A stretch of DNA of 64,000 bases from an uncultured Eubacteriales bacterium (GCA_948443845.1 CAOJUE010000003.1:25610-89609); one strand, 5' to 3'; shown: positions 31,738 through 43,407, counted from the first letter of the stretch. Made by a program: numbers and translations. The notes: a model not told the origin generated them from the sequence alone.

Positions 31738-33996
31738 ATGGAATTATTATCGCCAGTCGGCAATTTTGATAACTTAATCGCAGCCGTGCAAAACGGCGCA
31801 GATGCTGTATATTTGGGTGCAAATAGCTTTAATGCGAGAGCCAATGCACAAAATTTTGATGATGAAGAATTAAAAGAGGCTTGTTTTTATGCCAGAAAAA
31901 GAAATGTTGATGTGCATTTAACTCTCAACATTTTAATGTTTAACAATGAACTAGAAGACGCCCTAAAACTTGCTAAATTTGCCTATGAATGTGGCGTTTC
32001 CGCCATTATTGTACAAGACATTGGTTTGGCAAAAGAAATCATCAAGCTTTTTCCTGATTTGCCCATTCATGCCAGCACGCAGATGACAATTTCCAATTTG
32101 GCAGGCGTCCAAGTAATGGAGGAAATGGGCTTTCGAAGAGTTGTTTTAGCCAGAGAATTGTCTTTGCAAGAAATTGCCAATATTCGCAAAAATACGAACA
32201 TGGAACTAGAATGCTTTGGGCATGGCGCATTGTGCGTTTCATATTCAGGACAATGCTTGTTTAGCAGTATGGTAGGCAAAAGAAGTGGAAATCGCGGTTT
32301 GTGTGCAGGTCCATGCAGATTAGATTATAATTTGTTAAAAAATGGAAATGCTATCGATAAAGGCTATTTGCTAAGCCCAAAAGACATTTGCACATTGCAA
32401 ATTTTACCACAATTAATTGATTTGGGAATTGACAGTTTAAAAATCGAAGGTAGAAAAAAATCGTATGAATATGTTTCAATCGTTACCAAAATGTACCGAA
32501 AATACATTGATTTGGCGAAAAGTAATCCACAAGAATACAAAGTCGAAGAGGAAGATTTAAAGCAAATTTTACAAATCTACAATCGAGGTGGCATGGGAAC
32601 TGGCTATTTTGAAAATAGACAAAATATGGTTTATCCTAAGAAACCAAATCATTTAGGAATTTATGTGGGCGACGTCAAAGCCATTAACCCAAAGAAAAAG
32701 CAGATAACCATTGATTTGACAGACGAAATTCAAATGGGAGATGTGCTTAGTATCAAGGATAATACGTCGTATGTTTCCCAAATTGTAGAAGGAAATACGG
32801 TTGGCGAGATTAAGGACATAAAAAATATCAAATTAAATGACGAAGTTTATAAAATTGTGAGCAATACGCTCAATAAAAAACAATGGGAAATTTACAAAAA
32901 AGAAATCAAGAAGGTAGATATTTCGTGCAAACTGTACAAAAACGGTGAAAATATATGTCTGGAATTGTATAATGACCATATTTGTACAAAATCGTCTATA
33001 AAGTATGAAAAATCAGACGTAAACGAACTTGACAAATCCAGAATTTTATGCCAAATCCAGAAAACAGGGAATACGATTTTTCAAATAAAAGATGCCAAAA
33101 TTGAGGTCGAAAATTTAAAATTGCCAGTAAGTAGCCTAAATCAATTGCGCCGAGAGGCAATCGAGAAGTTTGAAAGTTGCTTGGAAAATAGTATTCAAAG
33201 AAAATCAGATGTAGAAATCAATGTGGTCCCCAATTTGCATAAATTGAAACAACAGGAAATGCCCAAAATTAATTTATTTTTGCAAAAATTTGACGAAAAA
33301 ATTAATTATCAAAGTTTGGACTATCATGAAATTTATGTGCCATTTAAAGAATTGATAGGACGCAAGAAAATACGAGATTACATTGCTATTTTACCCAATA
33401 TTGTAGATGAAACATATGAGAAATTAATCATGCAAAATAGGCTAATATTGGACGAGGCTAAAGCAGTCATGATTTCCCATATATCACAAATTGAGATTTT
33501 AAAGAAATTTAATATTACCAAAAAAGTCATGGCAGATTATTCACTAAATATTATGAATATTTTATCGGAAAAAGCATTACAAGACCTGAAAATAGAACGA
33601 TTTACGATGTCACCGGAACTTGATAGAAGGCAAATTAGTGAATTTTCAGATAATTTAGAAAAAGAATTGGTTGTGTATGGAAGAACATGCTTAATGACTT
33701 CCAAATACTGCCCAATTGGCAAAAACGCAGAGTGTAAAAGGGCTTGTCAAAATGGAAATTATGCTTTAAAAGATAGGAAAAATTTTGTATTTCCAATTGT
33801 TTCGGATCATATCAATTGTCATTGCCGAATTTACAATTCGAAAATCTTGTCAAATGATTATCAGAATATGGATATTGATTTTGTAAGAATTGATGTACTA
33901 AATGAAACGGAAGAAGAAATTCACAAAATCATTTCCACCGTAAAAGCAGGCAAAAGATTGACAGGAGAAAATTATACAAACGGAAATTTAGCGTAA
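31738..33996 (+). CDS. U32 family peptidase (collagenase-like PrtC type) with C-terminal DUF3656-like extension
   Basis: N-terminal MELLSPVGNFDNLIAAVQNGADAVYLG and the E..C..C peptidase U32 signature region. Confidence 0.8.
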   Translation: MELLSPVGNFDNLIAAVQNGADAVYLGANSFNARANAQNFDDEELKEACFYARKRNVDVHLTLNILMFNNELEDALKLAKFAYECGVSAIIVQDIGLAKEIIKLFPDLPIHASTQMTISNLAGVQVMEEMGFRRVVLARELSLQEIANIRKNTNMELECFGHGALCVSYSGQCLFSSMVGKRSGNRGLCAGPCRLDYNLLKNGNAIDKGYLLSPKDICTLQILPQLIDLGIDSLKIEGRKKSYEYVSIVTKMYRKYIDLAKSNPQEYKVEEEDLKQILQIYNRGGMGTGYFENRQNMVYPKKPNHLGIYVGDVKAINPKKKQITIDLTDEIQMGDVLSIKDNTSYVSQIVEGNTVGEIKDIKNIKLNDEVYKIVSNTLNKKQWEIYKKEIKKVDISCKLYKNGENICLELYNDHICTKSSIKYEKSDVNELDKSRILCQIQKTGNTIFQIKDAKIEVENLKLPVSSLNQLRREAIEKFESCLENSIQRKSDVEINVVPNLHKLKQQEMPKINLFLQKFDEKINYQSLDYHEIYVPFKELIGRKKIRDYIAILPNIVDETYEKLIMQNRLILDEAKAVMISHISQIEILKKFNITKKVMADYSLNIMNILSEKALQDLKIERFTMSPELDRRQISEFSDNLEKELVVYGRTCLMTSKYCPIGKNAECKRACQNGNYALKDRKNFVFPIVSDHINCHCRIYNSKILSNDYQNMDIDFVRIDVLNETEEEIHKIISTVKAGKRLTGENYTNGNLA

Positions 33997-34182
33997 AATT
34001 CATCATAAATTACAATAAAATATAATATGATTAAATAAACCTACCAAAAATGCTATACAAAAATTATTTTTTGCGATATAATTAAGTCAGTCGTATGAAA
34101 CGAAGTGAATTACGAATGACTTAAGATAGGTTGCAAAACCTATCTACCTTAGAAAAATTTCGATGAAAGGATTGATTAATCA

Positions 34183-35652
34183 ATGAAATTAAAAGAATTA
34201 TTAACAGGAATAGAAAATTTCAAAATGAAAGGCGACGAAGAACTAGAAATCAAATCAATTGAAAATAATTCCAAAAAAGTAAAACCTGGAAGTTTATTTG
34301 TAGCAATCCAAGGTTACGATTTTGATGGGCACAAATTTATCGACGAAGCAATTGAAAATGGTGCAGTTGCGCTTATGCTAGATATGTCAGCTGATTTAAA
34401 ATCCATTAAATTGCCAAAAGATATGACCGTTATCTTAACTGATAACACAAGAGCCAATTTGGCAATCATGGCTTGCAATTTCTATAAAAATCCATCTAGA
34501 CATTTCAAATTAATTGGTGTTACAGGAACAAAAGGAAAAACCACAACGACCTATATGATTAAATCAATCCTAGAAAAAGCAGGCTACAAAGTCGGCTTAA
34601 TTGGAACCATTGCCAATTATATTGGGGAAGATATGATTTCGGAAAGCAATCGAACAACGCCAGAGAGTTTGGAGTTGCAGGAACTATTTTATAAAATGGC
34701 GGTTGCCAAAGTAGATTATGTTGTTATGGAAGTATCTTCCCAAAGTTTGAAATTGCACAGAGTCGATGGCTCAAATTTTGATATGGCGGTCTTTACCAAT
34801 TTTTCAAAAGACCATATCAGTTTAAAAGAACATACTGACATGGACGATTATTTCAATTCCAAATTGAAATTATTCCAAATGTGCCCAAAAGGATTTGCAA
34901 ATAGTGATGATTTCAAATGCGAAAGATTGATGCATTATGCTAAAAATTGCGATATCAAAACCTATTCAGTTGATAATGGCTCAAATTTAATTGCAAAAGA
35001 TATCACAATTACCAATGCAAGTGTTGATTTTAAAGTAAAATTGGGGCAAAAAAATGAGAGAATGAAAGTCAATATTCCAGGAAGATATAGCGTTTATAAT
35101 GGATTGGCAGCGATTTCTGTGGCGATTTCATTGGGAATCGATGCCGAAAAAATCAAAGAAGGGTTGCTAGAAATTGTCATCCCTGGCAGAAATGAATTAG
35201 TGCCAAATGAAAAAGAATTAACGATTATGATTGATTATGCCCATACAGCCGAAAGTTTGGAGAATTTATTGAATTCCGTAAAAGCCTATACAATGGGAAG
35301 AATTATTTGCGTGTTTGGCTGTGGAGGCGATAGAGATAAAACAAAACGTCCAGAAATGGGAGAAGTAGCAGGAAGATTAGCCGATTTTTCAATTGTAACA
35401 ACCGATAACCCAAGAACGGAAAAACCAGAAGATATTATTAGCGAGATTGAAGAAGGAATTTCCAAAACAAAAGGAAATTATAAAATAGTTATCGACCGAA
35501 AAGAAGCCATTCAAACAGCAATTGACATGGCAAATAAAAGAGATATCGTTATTTTAGCGGGAAAAGGACATGAAACTTATCAAGAAATAAATGGTGTAAA
35601 AAATGAATTTGATGAGCGTAAGATTGTAAAAGAAATATTAAAAAATAAGTAG
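34183..35652 (+). CDS. murE: UDP-N-acetylmuramoyl-L-alanyl-D-glutamate--2,6-diaminopimelate (or L-lysine) ligase
   Basis: Mur ligase P-loop GVTGTKGKTTTTYM; first gene of a murE-mraY-ftsW-murG order. Confidence 0.85.
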   Translation: MKLKELLTGIENFKMKGDEELEIKSIENNSKKVKPGSLFVAIQGYDFDGHKFIDEAIENGAVALMLDMSADLKSIKLPKDMTVILTDNTRANLAIMACNFYKNPSRHFKLIGVTGTKGKTTTTYMIKSILEKAGYKVGLIGTIANYIGEDMISESNRTTPESLELQELFYKMAVAKVDYVVMEVSSQSLKLHRVDGSNFDMAVFTNFSKDHISLKEHTDMDDYFNSKLKLFQMCPKGFANSDDFKCERLMHYAKNCDIKTYSVDNGSNLIAKDITITNASVDFKVKLGQKNERMKVNIPGRYSVYNGLAAISVAISLGIDAEKIKEGLLEIVIPGRNELVPNEKELTIMIDYAHTAESLENLLNSVKAYTMGRIICVFGCGGDRDKTKRPEMGEVAGRLADFSIVTTDNPRTEKPEDIISEIEEGISKTKGNYKIVIDRKEAIQTAIDMANKRDIVILAGKGHETYQEINGVKNEFDERKIVKEILKNK

Positions 35653-35660
35653 GAGATTTT

Positions 35661-36632
35661 ATGAGTGTACAAATTATTTATTTAATCGCATCATTTCTAT
35701 TGGCAGCCATTTTAGGAAAATTAATGATTCCGATTTTGAAAAAATTGAAAGTCGGGCAAAGCGAAAGAGAAGACGGACCACGTTCCCACCTGAAAAAACA
35801 AGGAACGCCAACCATGGGTGGAATCATGATGATGATCACAATTGTTGTTTTTACATTAATTGTATATCTATTTCATTCCGATTTTGAATTTATCAAGCCA
35901 ATATTAATCATTTCAATTGCAAGTTTAGGTTTTGGGATTGTTGGATTTGTGGACGATTTCAAAAAAGTAGTTTTGCATAATACAGAAGGCTTAAATCCCA
36001 AATTGAAAATGCTTGGATTATTGATTGTATCCTGCATTTTCACAATTGTTTTAATGAATTATACGAATGTAACAACAGAAATTTTTATTCCATTTACTGA
36101 TTTTACGCTAACTTTCCCAAAATGGATTTTCATTCCATTTACGATTTTAGTTATGCTAAGTGCAACAAATGCAGTGAATTTAACAGACGGAATCGACGGT
36201 TTGGCAGCAAGTGTATCTGCGATTATGATAACCGCATTGTCAATCCTTGCAATCAAACTTGGAAATGTGGAAATATCGATATTTGGTAGCATTGTAGTGG
36301 GAACTTGTTTGGGATTTTTAGTTTATAATTTTCATAAAGCAAAAGTGATGATGGGAGATACTGGCTCCTTGCTTCTTGGTGGAGTGGTTTCAAGTATGGC
36401 AATTTATTTGCAAATTCCAATCTTTTTGTTATTAATAGCAATTATTCCAATATTGGAAACAACATCGGTTATTTTGCAAGTTTGGTATTTTAAAAGAACA
36501 GGAAAAAGACTTTTTAGAATGTCGCCATTGCATCATCATTTTGAATTAACTGGTTGGAGAGAAAATCGAGTGGTTGGCGTATTTTCACTAATTACCTTTA
36601 TTTTCTCTATCATAGGAATATTGGCAATATAA
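35661..36632 (+). CDS. mraY: phospho-N-acetylmuramoyl-pentapeptide transferase
   Basis: Polytopic membrane protein with MraY motifs (NAVNLTDGIDGLA, DTGSLLLGG). Confidence 0.85.
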   Translation: MSVQIIYLIASFLLAAILGKLMIPILKKLKVGQSEREDGPRSHLKKQGTPTMGGIMMMITIVVFTLIVYLFHSDFEFIKPILIISIASLGFGIVGFVDDFKKVVLHNTEGLNPKLKMLGLLIVSCIFTIVLMNYTNVTTEIFIPFTDFTLTFPKWIFIPFTILVMLSATNAVNLTDGIDGLAASVSAIMITALSILAIKLGNVEISIFGSIVVGTCLGFLVYNFHKAKVMMGDTGSLLLGGVVSSMAIYLQIPIFLLLIAIIPILETTSVILQVWYFKRTGKRLFRMSPLHHHFELTGWRENRVVGVFSLITFIFSIIGILAI

Positions 36633-36662
36633 AATTACCTAGAAAGGAAACTTTTAAGGAAA

Positions 36663-37829
36663 TGGCAAAAAAAGCTCAAAAAGAAAAAAAGAAATTTAGC
36701 CTTTTTACCAAAGGCTCACTCGATTACTTTATCTGGATTACCGTTATGATTTTGGTGGCTTTTGGTTTGGTTATGGTGTTATCGGCAAGCGCTCCTTCTG
36801 CTTTAGCAGAATCCAATGGAAAAAGTAGTTATGGGTACATAAGTAAACAGGCATTTTCAGCAGTTCTTGGCTTGGTCGCCATGATGGCGCTTTCGAAAGT
36901 AGATTATCATATTTATCGAAAACTAAAATGGCTTATTTATATTATTTGCATTGTTTTGCTGGTGCTTGTTGGATTTTTTGGGATAGATGCAAACCGGTGC
37001 GAAACGTTGGATTAAGATTGCAGGAATCAACTTCCAGCCTTCTGAATTTGCCAAAATTGGTTTCATCTTGTTTTTCGCTTCGCTGTTATCCGATGTCAAA
37101 GAACATGGAAAAATTAAAGATTATCGATATGGTTTCATTTATCCGATGGTATTTATGGTTCCCATTATTGGTGCTATTTTGATTTTGCAAAACCATTTTA
37201 GTGCGACATTTATTATTGCTGTTGTAACCGTTGTGCAAATGTTTGTAGCAGGCACAAAAATCACTCACTTTTTATTAACTGGACTCATTGGTGGCGTATG
37301 TGGTGCAGGTGCTCTCATGGTTAAAAACGGTGGTTCAACACTTGGTACAGACTTCAGAAGTACGAGAATCGAAACATGGCTTGACCCATTTACTGACCCA
37401 ACAGGCGATGGTTGGCAAATCATACAAAGTTGGTATGCCATTGCTTCCGGAGGCTTATTTGGAGTAGGACTTGGCAATAGCAAACAAAAATATTTATATT
37501 TGCCAGAACCACACAATGATTTCATTTTTTCTGTTTTAGCAGAAGAATTAGGCTTTGTGGGATGTGTGGTCGTTATTTTATTGTTTACTATTTTTGTGTG
37601 GAGAGGTGTTGTAATTGCCATGAAAGCACAAGACAATTTTGGTTGCCTAATTGCGATTGGAATTGTTACGATGTTGGGACTTCAAGCGATGGTTAACATT
37701 GCGGTTGTAACAGGAACGATTCCAGTAACTGGAATGCCACTACCGTTTTTTAGTTATGGTGGAACATCACTCATAGCCAATCTAATGGCAGTCGGAATCC
37801 TGCTCAACATCTCCAGAACCGCCAAGTAG
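36663..37829 (+). CDS. ftsW: FtsW/RodA/SpoVE family peptidoglycan glycosyltransferase, interrupted by a +1 frameshift (extra C) at about 36,994
   Basis: Frame A ends ...GFFGIDANRCETLD*; removing one base gives GIDANGAKRWIKIAGINFQPSEFAK, the conserved SEDS motif, which continues in ORF 36987-37829. Confidence 0.75.
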
Positions 37830-37872
37830 GGGGGCGAGGAGTTAGGAATAAATAACAGAAAGGAAAAAATAT

Positions 37873-39003
37873 ATGAGAGTAATTGTCTCAGCAGCAGGAA
37901 CAGGGGGACACATCAATCCTGCAATTGCGATTGCAAACAAAATACGTCAGAAAAATCCAGATTCAGAAATTATTTTTATAGGAACCAATCGCGGTTTGGA
38001 AAATGATTTAGTTCCAAGAGCTGGTTTCGAACTAAAAAGAATTGAGGCATATGGTTTGAAAAAGGAAATATCTTTCAAAAATTTGAAGCATATTTTTCAA
38101 ACGATAAGAAGTACGAAAGAAGTCAAAAAAATAATTGATGAATTTAGACCAGATTTAGTGCTAGGAACAGGCGGTTATATTTGTGGACCAGTTTTTGCGG
38201 CAGCGACTTCTAAGAAAATTCCTGCGGTATTGCATGAGAGCAATGCGTATCCGGGAAAAGCGGTGAAAATGTTCGCTAAGGAAGTAGATTGCGTTTTGGT
38301 GGGGTTTGAAGAGGCAAAAGAAAGATTGAGTGAAGCAAAAAAAGTGGTTGTTACAGGTACGCCAACGAAAATCAGAAAATTGACAATTGCACGAGATGAA
38401 CGTCAAAAGATTTTATCCGATTTGGGCGTGAAAAGTGAATTGCCAATTGTGCTAATATTTGGCGGAAGTCAAGGGGCGCAGGCAATTAATGAGGCGACGG
38501 TTGATTTAATCAAGGCAAAATTGAATAAAGATTATCAAATTATTTGGGCAACTGGGCAAAATCAATATGATGTTGTAAAAGAAAGTTTTGAGAAAGAGTC
38601 ATTATCGATTAAAAATATCAAAGATGTAAAAGTTGTGCCTTATATTTATAATATGGAAGAACTCATTAATTTGGCAGATTTGGTCATTTGTAGAAGTGGC
38701 GCGATGACGATAACAGAACTTGCAATTTGTGGAAAACCAGCCATTTTCATTCCGCTTCCATCAAAATCAGCCAATCGTCAAGAAGATAATGCGAGGGTAT
38801 TGGAAAAACTGGGCGCTGCGAAAATTATTTTAAATCATGAATTAACGGGTGAGAAATTGTCGAGCGAAATTAATGATATTATTAAAAATAGAGCAAAACT
38901 AGAGAAGATGGGAAAATTAGCGAATCAGATTGCGCCAAATCATGTGGAAGAGAAGATTTATGATGAGATTTTGAAGATTGTTAAAACGGAAACAAAGATT
39001 TAA
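37873..39003 (+). CDS. murG: undecaprenyldiphospho-muramoylpentapeptide beta-N-acetylglucosaminyltransferase
   Basis: N-terminal VIVSAAGTGGHINPAIAIA motif; 376 aa. Confidence 0.85.
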   Translation: MRVIVSAAGTGGHINPAIAIANKIRQKNPDSEIIFIGTNRGLENDLVPRAGFELKRIEAYGLKKEISFKNLKHIFQTIRSTKEVKKIIDEFRPDLVLGTGGYICGPVFAAATSKKIPAVLHESNAYPGKAVKMFAKEVDCVLVGFEEAKERLSEAKKVVVTGTPTKIRKLTIARDERQKILSDLGVKSELPIVLIFGGSQGAQAINEATVDLIKAKLNKDYQIIWATGQNQYDVVKESFEKESLSIKNIKDVKVVPYIYNMEELINLADLVICRSGAMTITELAICGKPAIFIPLPSKSANRQEDNARVLEKLGAAKIILNHELTGEKLSSEINDIIKNRAKLEKMGKLANQIAPNHVEEKIYDEILKIVKTETKI

Positions 39004-39083
39004 AAATTTTCATTTTCCTATTGCAAAAGTGAAAAGAAAAGAGTATACTTACTTGAATGAATAAACTTAAGAAGGAGAAAAAA

Positions 39084-41190
39084 ATGATTGATAAATTAGT
39101 GATTGTGGAGTCTCCTGCTAAGGCGAATACAATCAAAAAATTTCTTGGTGGAAAAAGTAAAGTAGTGGCATCGATGGGACATATCCGCGATTTGCCAAAA
39201 TCGAAAATGGGAGTGGATATTGAACATGATTTTGAGCCACAATATATTAATATACGCGGAAAAGCGCCACTCATTAATTCTTTAAAAAAGGAAGCCAAAA
39301 ATGCGAAACAAGTTTATCTTGCAACTGACCCTGACCGTGAAGGAGAGGCAATTGCATGGCATTTGGCGTACATTTTGGGAATTGACCCAAACTCGATTTG
39401 TCGTGTGACATTTAACGAAATCACGAAAGACGCTGTCAAAGAGGCGATTCAAAATCCAAGAAAAATCGATTTGAATTTGACGGACGCGCAGCAAGCAAGG
39501 CGCGTTTTGGACCGCATTGTTGGTTATAAAATTAGTCCAGTTTTGTGGAAAAAAGTAAAGCGTGGTTTGTCGGCAGGTAGAGTGCAGTCAGTGGCTGTTG
39601 CTTTGATTGTAAATCGTGAGGAAGAAATTGAGAAATTTGTTCCAGAAGAATATTGGAATATCAATTTGAAAGCATCTGACAAGAAAACCAAAACGAAATT
39701 TGATTGCAAATTTATTGGAAAAGATGGCAAAAAAATTGAACTTCATTCCAAAGAAGAAGTGGACAAGATTTTGGCAGATTTAGAAGGGGCAAAATACAAA
39801 GTTGTGGACATAAAAAAAGGCGAGAAAAAGCGCAATCCTGCTCCACCATTTACGACAAGTACGATGCAGCAGGAAGCGTCCAGAAAATTGAATTTTGCCA
39901 TTAAGAAGACGATGTCAGTTGCGCAAGGTTTGTATGAAGGGGTCAAATTGCCAGAACAGGGAACAACGGGTTTGATTACGTATATGAGAACTGATTCTAC
40001 TAGAATTTCGAATGAAGCAAGAGCAGCTTCGAAAGAGTATATTGTGAGAGAATATGGCGAAAAATACTACGAAAATCGTTTCTTTAAAACCAAGGCAGAA
40101 GCGCAAGATGCGCACGAAGCGATTCGTCCAACTTATGTGGAACTTGCGCCAGATAAAATCAAAGAACATTTGACGCCTGACCAATATAAATTGTACAAAT
40201 TAATCTATAATCGCTTTATTGCCAGTCAAATGACGGCTGCGGTGTATGATACACTTGCAGTTTCGATTGACGGAAATCACTACAATTTTAGGGCAAATGG
40301 GCAAACGTTGAAATTCAAAGGATTTATGACGTTGTATGTAGAGGGCGAAGACAACAAGACTGCAGAAGAATTTACGCAGATTCCAGAATTGGAAGTGGGA
40401 GAAGAGGTCAAAAAAGAGAAAATTGACAGCAAGCAAAGTTTTACAGAGCCACCACCACGTTATACGGAAGCAAGTTTGGTTAAAACATTGGAAGAAAAAG
40501 GAATTGGTAGACCGAGTACCTATGCGCCAACGATTACAACGATTTTAGCCAGAAGATATGTGGAAAAAATTCAGAAGCAATTGGCTCCAACTGATTTGGG
40601 AAGAATTGTGAATAAATTATTAATTGAGAATTTCTCAGACGTTATCAATGTGGAATTTACAGCAAAAATGGAAGAAGAATTTGACAAAGTCGCAGAACGG
40701 AAATGAAAAATGGAAGGCAGTGATCCATGAGTTTTACACACCTTTTGCAAAAATTGTGGAAAAGGTTGACAAAGAATTGGAGCATGTCAAATTAGAATAT
40801 GAAGTTTCGGATGTACCTTGTGAAAAATGTGGCAGAATGATGGTGATTAAATATGGAAAATATGGTAAGTTTTTGGCGTGTCCGGGCTACCCAGAATGTC
40901 AGAATGCGAAGCCAATTATTGAAACAATTGATGTTCCATGTCCAAAATGCGGAGGCGTGGTGCAGGTTCGAAAAACGAAGAAAAAACGTAATTATTATAT
41001 TTGTGAGAACAATTTTGAGGGAAATGAAAACAGGTGTGATTATATTTCTTGGAACAAACCAAAGCCAGGAGAGAAATTCGTGGAAGGGGAAGATGTTTCA
41101 GAGATAGAGAAGGAGACGAAGAAGGAGAGCAAGAAGAAAAGTACGACCAAGAAAAAGTCTACGACGAAAAAGAAGACGGCTAAGAAATAG
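39084..41190 (+). CDS. topA: DNA topoisomerase I with C-terminal zinc ribbons, interrupted by a +1 frameshift at about 40,697-40,700
   Basis: Toprim start MIDKLVIVESPAKA. Frame A ends ...EFDKVAERK*; a 1-nt shift continues ...GNEKWKAVIHEFYTPF and the Zn-ribbon CEKCGRMMV...CPGYPEC, CPKCGG. Confidence 0.85.
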
Positions 41191-41262
41191 GAAAATTATA
41201 AAATATCAAAACGAATGCTTTTTTCATATTATATATAAATACTATGAAAGGAGCACTTTTTT

Positions 41263-41661
41263 ATGGCAAAAATTTTAGTATACAACAGTAACTCAAACCG
41301 AATGGAAACGTATTATAGAGGGCTATCAGAGGCAATGCCGTATGTTACTAATCGAACATTAACCGTTCGAGAGTTTCGTTCAAATAGCAATACAGAAATT
41401 TTATGGACCAGCAGAAGAACTATGGAGTCATGGAACCGATTCCGAACACTTTATGGACGTTCGATTTATGTTGGATTTGCATTTAAACGTCCGTGGGAAG
41501 GTGGCCATGCGAACCAGTCACAGCATTATGCGGGTGTAGCATTTGATGTAGGACAAAATCTGTCGGCAGAAGGAAGGCTTGCGATGAGAAATTTGGCGGA
41601 AAGTTCGGGGATTTGGACGTATGTGGAAGGTGCAACACAGGTTTTGAGCAAGAAACGATAA
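41263..41661 (+). pseudogene. 5' part of a peptidase M15 (Peptidase_M15_3/VanY-like) + PG-binding cell-wall hydrolase gene, disrupted by insertion of the mobile element; 3' part at 59,686-59,975
   Basis: Zn-ligand motif SQHYAGVAFD (SxHxxGxAxD). The gene ends just after the att core and lacks the final fvHvDvR motif, which is found in frame at the right junction (WVHFDDR). Confidence 0.6.
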
Positions 41662-41784
41662 TTGAGGAAATGCTTACAGTAAAGTGCGTTTAAGGGTTAA
41701 AGAAAAAATAGAGGACAAGTTGAAAAGAGTGAATTAATTTGGGATTAATTTGCTCTTTTTTATACTGCATAGAAAGGAGTAAAA

Positions 41785-42459
41785 GTGGAGGAAAAGCAAA
41801 ATATAGGGTATTATTCTATCATACCAGCAACAATTTTGTATAATAGGGATTTAAAAGCAAATCAAAAGATTTTGTATGCAGTTATAACATCACTTAGCAA
41901 TAAGGAAGGTTATTGTTTTGCATCGAATAAATATTTAGCGGAAAAGTTGAATGTTGGAGCAAATACAGTTTCTGGTTGGATAACGGATTTGCGAAGGAAG
42001 AATTGGGTTCAAGTGGAACTGATTAGAAATGATAAACAAGAGATTATTCAGAGGAGAATTTATATAAAGGATATACCGTATAATTTTTATAAAGAATACC
42101 CCTATACGCAAAAAGAAGAAGAGGGTATTCCTCAAAAATGGGAAGAGAATAATATAATAAATAATAATATAAGCACACACACCTTATCGAAAAATCAATA
42201 TCAAGATAAGGTGTTTTTATATGAGTATGAATATGAAGATTTGGTTGAAAAATATGGGCAAGTTAAAGCAGATAAATGTATTGAAGAATTGTCTTTGTAT
42301 AAGAGATCCAAAGGTGTAGAGTATGAAAGTGATTACGATACAATTAAGAGATGGGTAATTGATAGAGTTGAAGGACAAAAGAGAAAGCCAAATAAGTTTA
42401 GAAAAACAGATTTTGAGCAGAGAGATGAAGAATTTTGGAGTAATTTTTATGATAATTAG
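41785..42459 (+). CDS. RepA_N-like replication initiator / HTH protein (GTG start)
   Basis: N-terminal IIPATILYNRDLKANQKILYAVITSL resembles the RepA_N family of Firmicutes plasmids and ICEs. Confidence 0.5.
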   Translation: MEEKQNIGYYSIIPATILYNRDLKANQKILYAVITSLSNKEGYCFASNKYLAEKLNVGANTVSGWITDLRRKNWVQVELIRNDKQEIIQRRIYIKDIPYNFYKEYPYTQKEEEGIPQKWEENNIINNNISTHTLSKNQYQDKVFLYEYEYEDLVEKYGQVKADKCIEELSLYKRSKGVEYESDYDTIKRWVIDRVEGQKRKPNKFRKTDFEQRDEEFWSNFYDN

Positions 42460-42474
42460 AAAGAGGTGGAATGT

Positions 42475-43407
42475 ATGAAAAAAGATGAAAAATTTAATCT
42501 TCCTACGTTAGATGATTTGTTTGAAAGAACGCATGGAAGTTATGTAGGGAGAATTGAAAAGATTGAGACGAAAAAATTGAATGAATTTAAAGGGCATCCC
42601 TTTAAAGTGAAAGAGAATGCAGAAATGGAACAGTTAGTCGAAAGCATAAAAGAAAATGGAGTTTTAAATCCAGTGATAGTAAGAGAATTGGAAGATGGAA
42701 GTTTTGAAATGATATCAGGGCACAGAAGAAAAAGAGCAGCAGAAATTGCAAATATGGAAGAAATACCTTGCATTGTGAGAAACTTAACAGATGAAGAGGC
42801 GACAATTTTGATGGTTGACAGCAATTTGCAAAGGGAAGAAATTTTGCCAAGTGAAAAGGCTTTTGCGTATAAAATGAAAATGGAGGCAATGAAAAGACAG
42901 GCAGGTAGACCTAGTAAAAATAATTCTGCCCCAATGGGACAGAATTTAGAAAATAAAACTACAAGAGAAAAAATTGCAGAAGAAACAGGCGAAAGTGCTA
43001 CCAATATTCAAAGATATATTAGACTGACAAATTTGATACCAGAAATATTAAATATGGTAGATGAAAAGAAAATTGCTTTTAGACCAGCAGTTGAGATTTC
43101 TTATTTGAAAGAAGATGAACAATATACATTACTGGACGCAATGCAATTTAATGATTGTACGCCATCATTGGCACAGGCAATTAGTTTGAAAAAGAGAAGT
43201 CTTGAAAATAGCTTAACGGCTGAGAAAATAGATGAAATTATGGAAGAAGAAAAGTCGAATCAGATTCCTAAATTTAAAATGAATATGGAGAAAATAGAAA
43301 GTGTACTTCCACGAAATGTTGTGAGTCAAAAGGATAGAGAAGATTTTATTATTATGTGTGTGAAAGAGCATAATAAAAGGCAGAAACAAAAAGAGTATGA
43401 CAGATAA
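42475..43407 (+). CDS. ParB/Spo0J-like nuclease-domain protein
   Basis: ParB N-domain motifs VIVRELEDGSFEMISGHRRKRAA and IPCIVRNLTDEEA. Confidence 0.7.
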   Translation: MKKDEKFNLPTLDDLFERTHGSYVGRIEKIETKKLNEFKGHPFKVKENAEMEQLVESIKENGVLNPVIVRELEDGSFEMISGHRRKRAAEIANMEEIPCIVRNLTDEEATILMVDSNLQREEILPSEKAFAYKMKMEAMKRQAGRPSKNNSAPMGQNLENKTTREKIAEETGESATNIQRYIRLTNLIPEILNMVDEKKIAFRPAVEISYLKEDEQYTLLDAMQFNDCTPSLAQAISLKKRSLENSLTAEKIDEIMEEEKSNQIPKFKMNMEKIESVLPRNVVSQKDREDFIIMCVKEHNKRQKQKEYDR

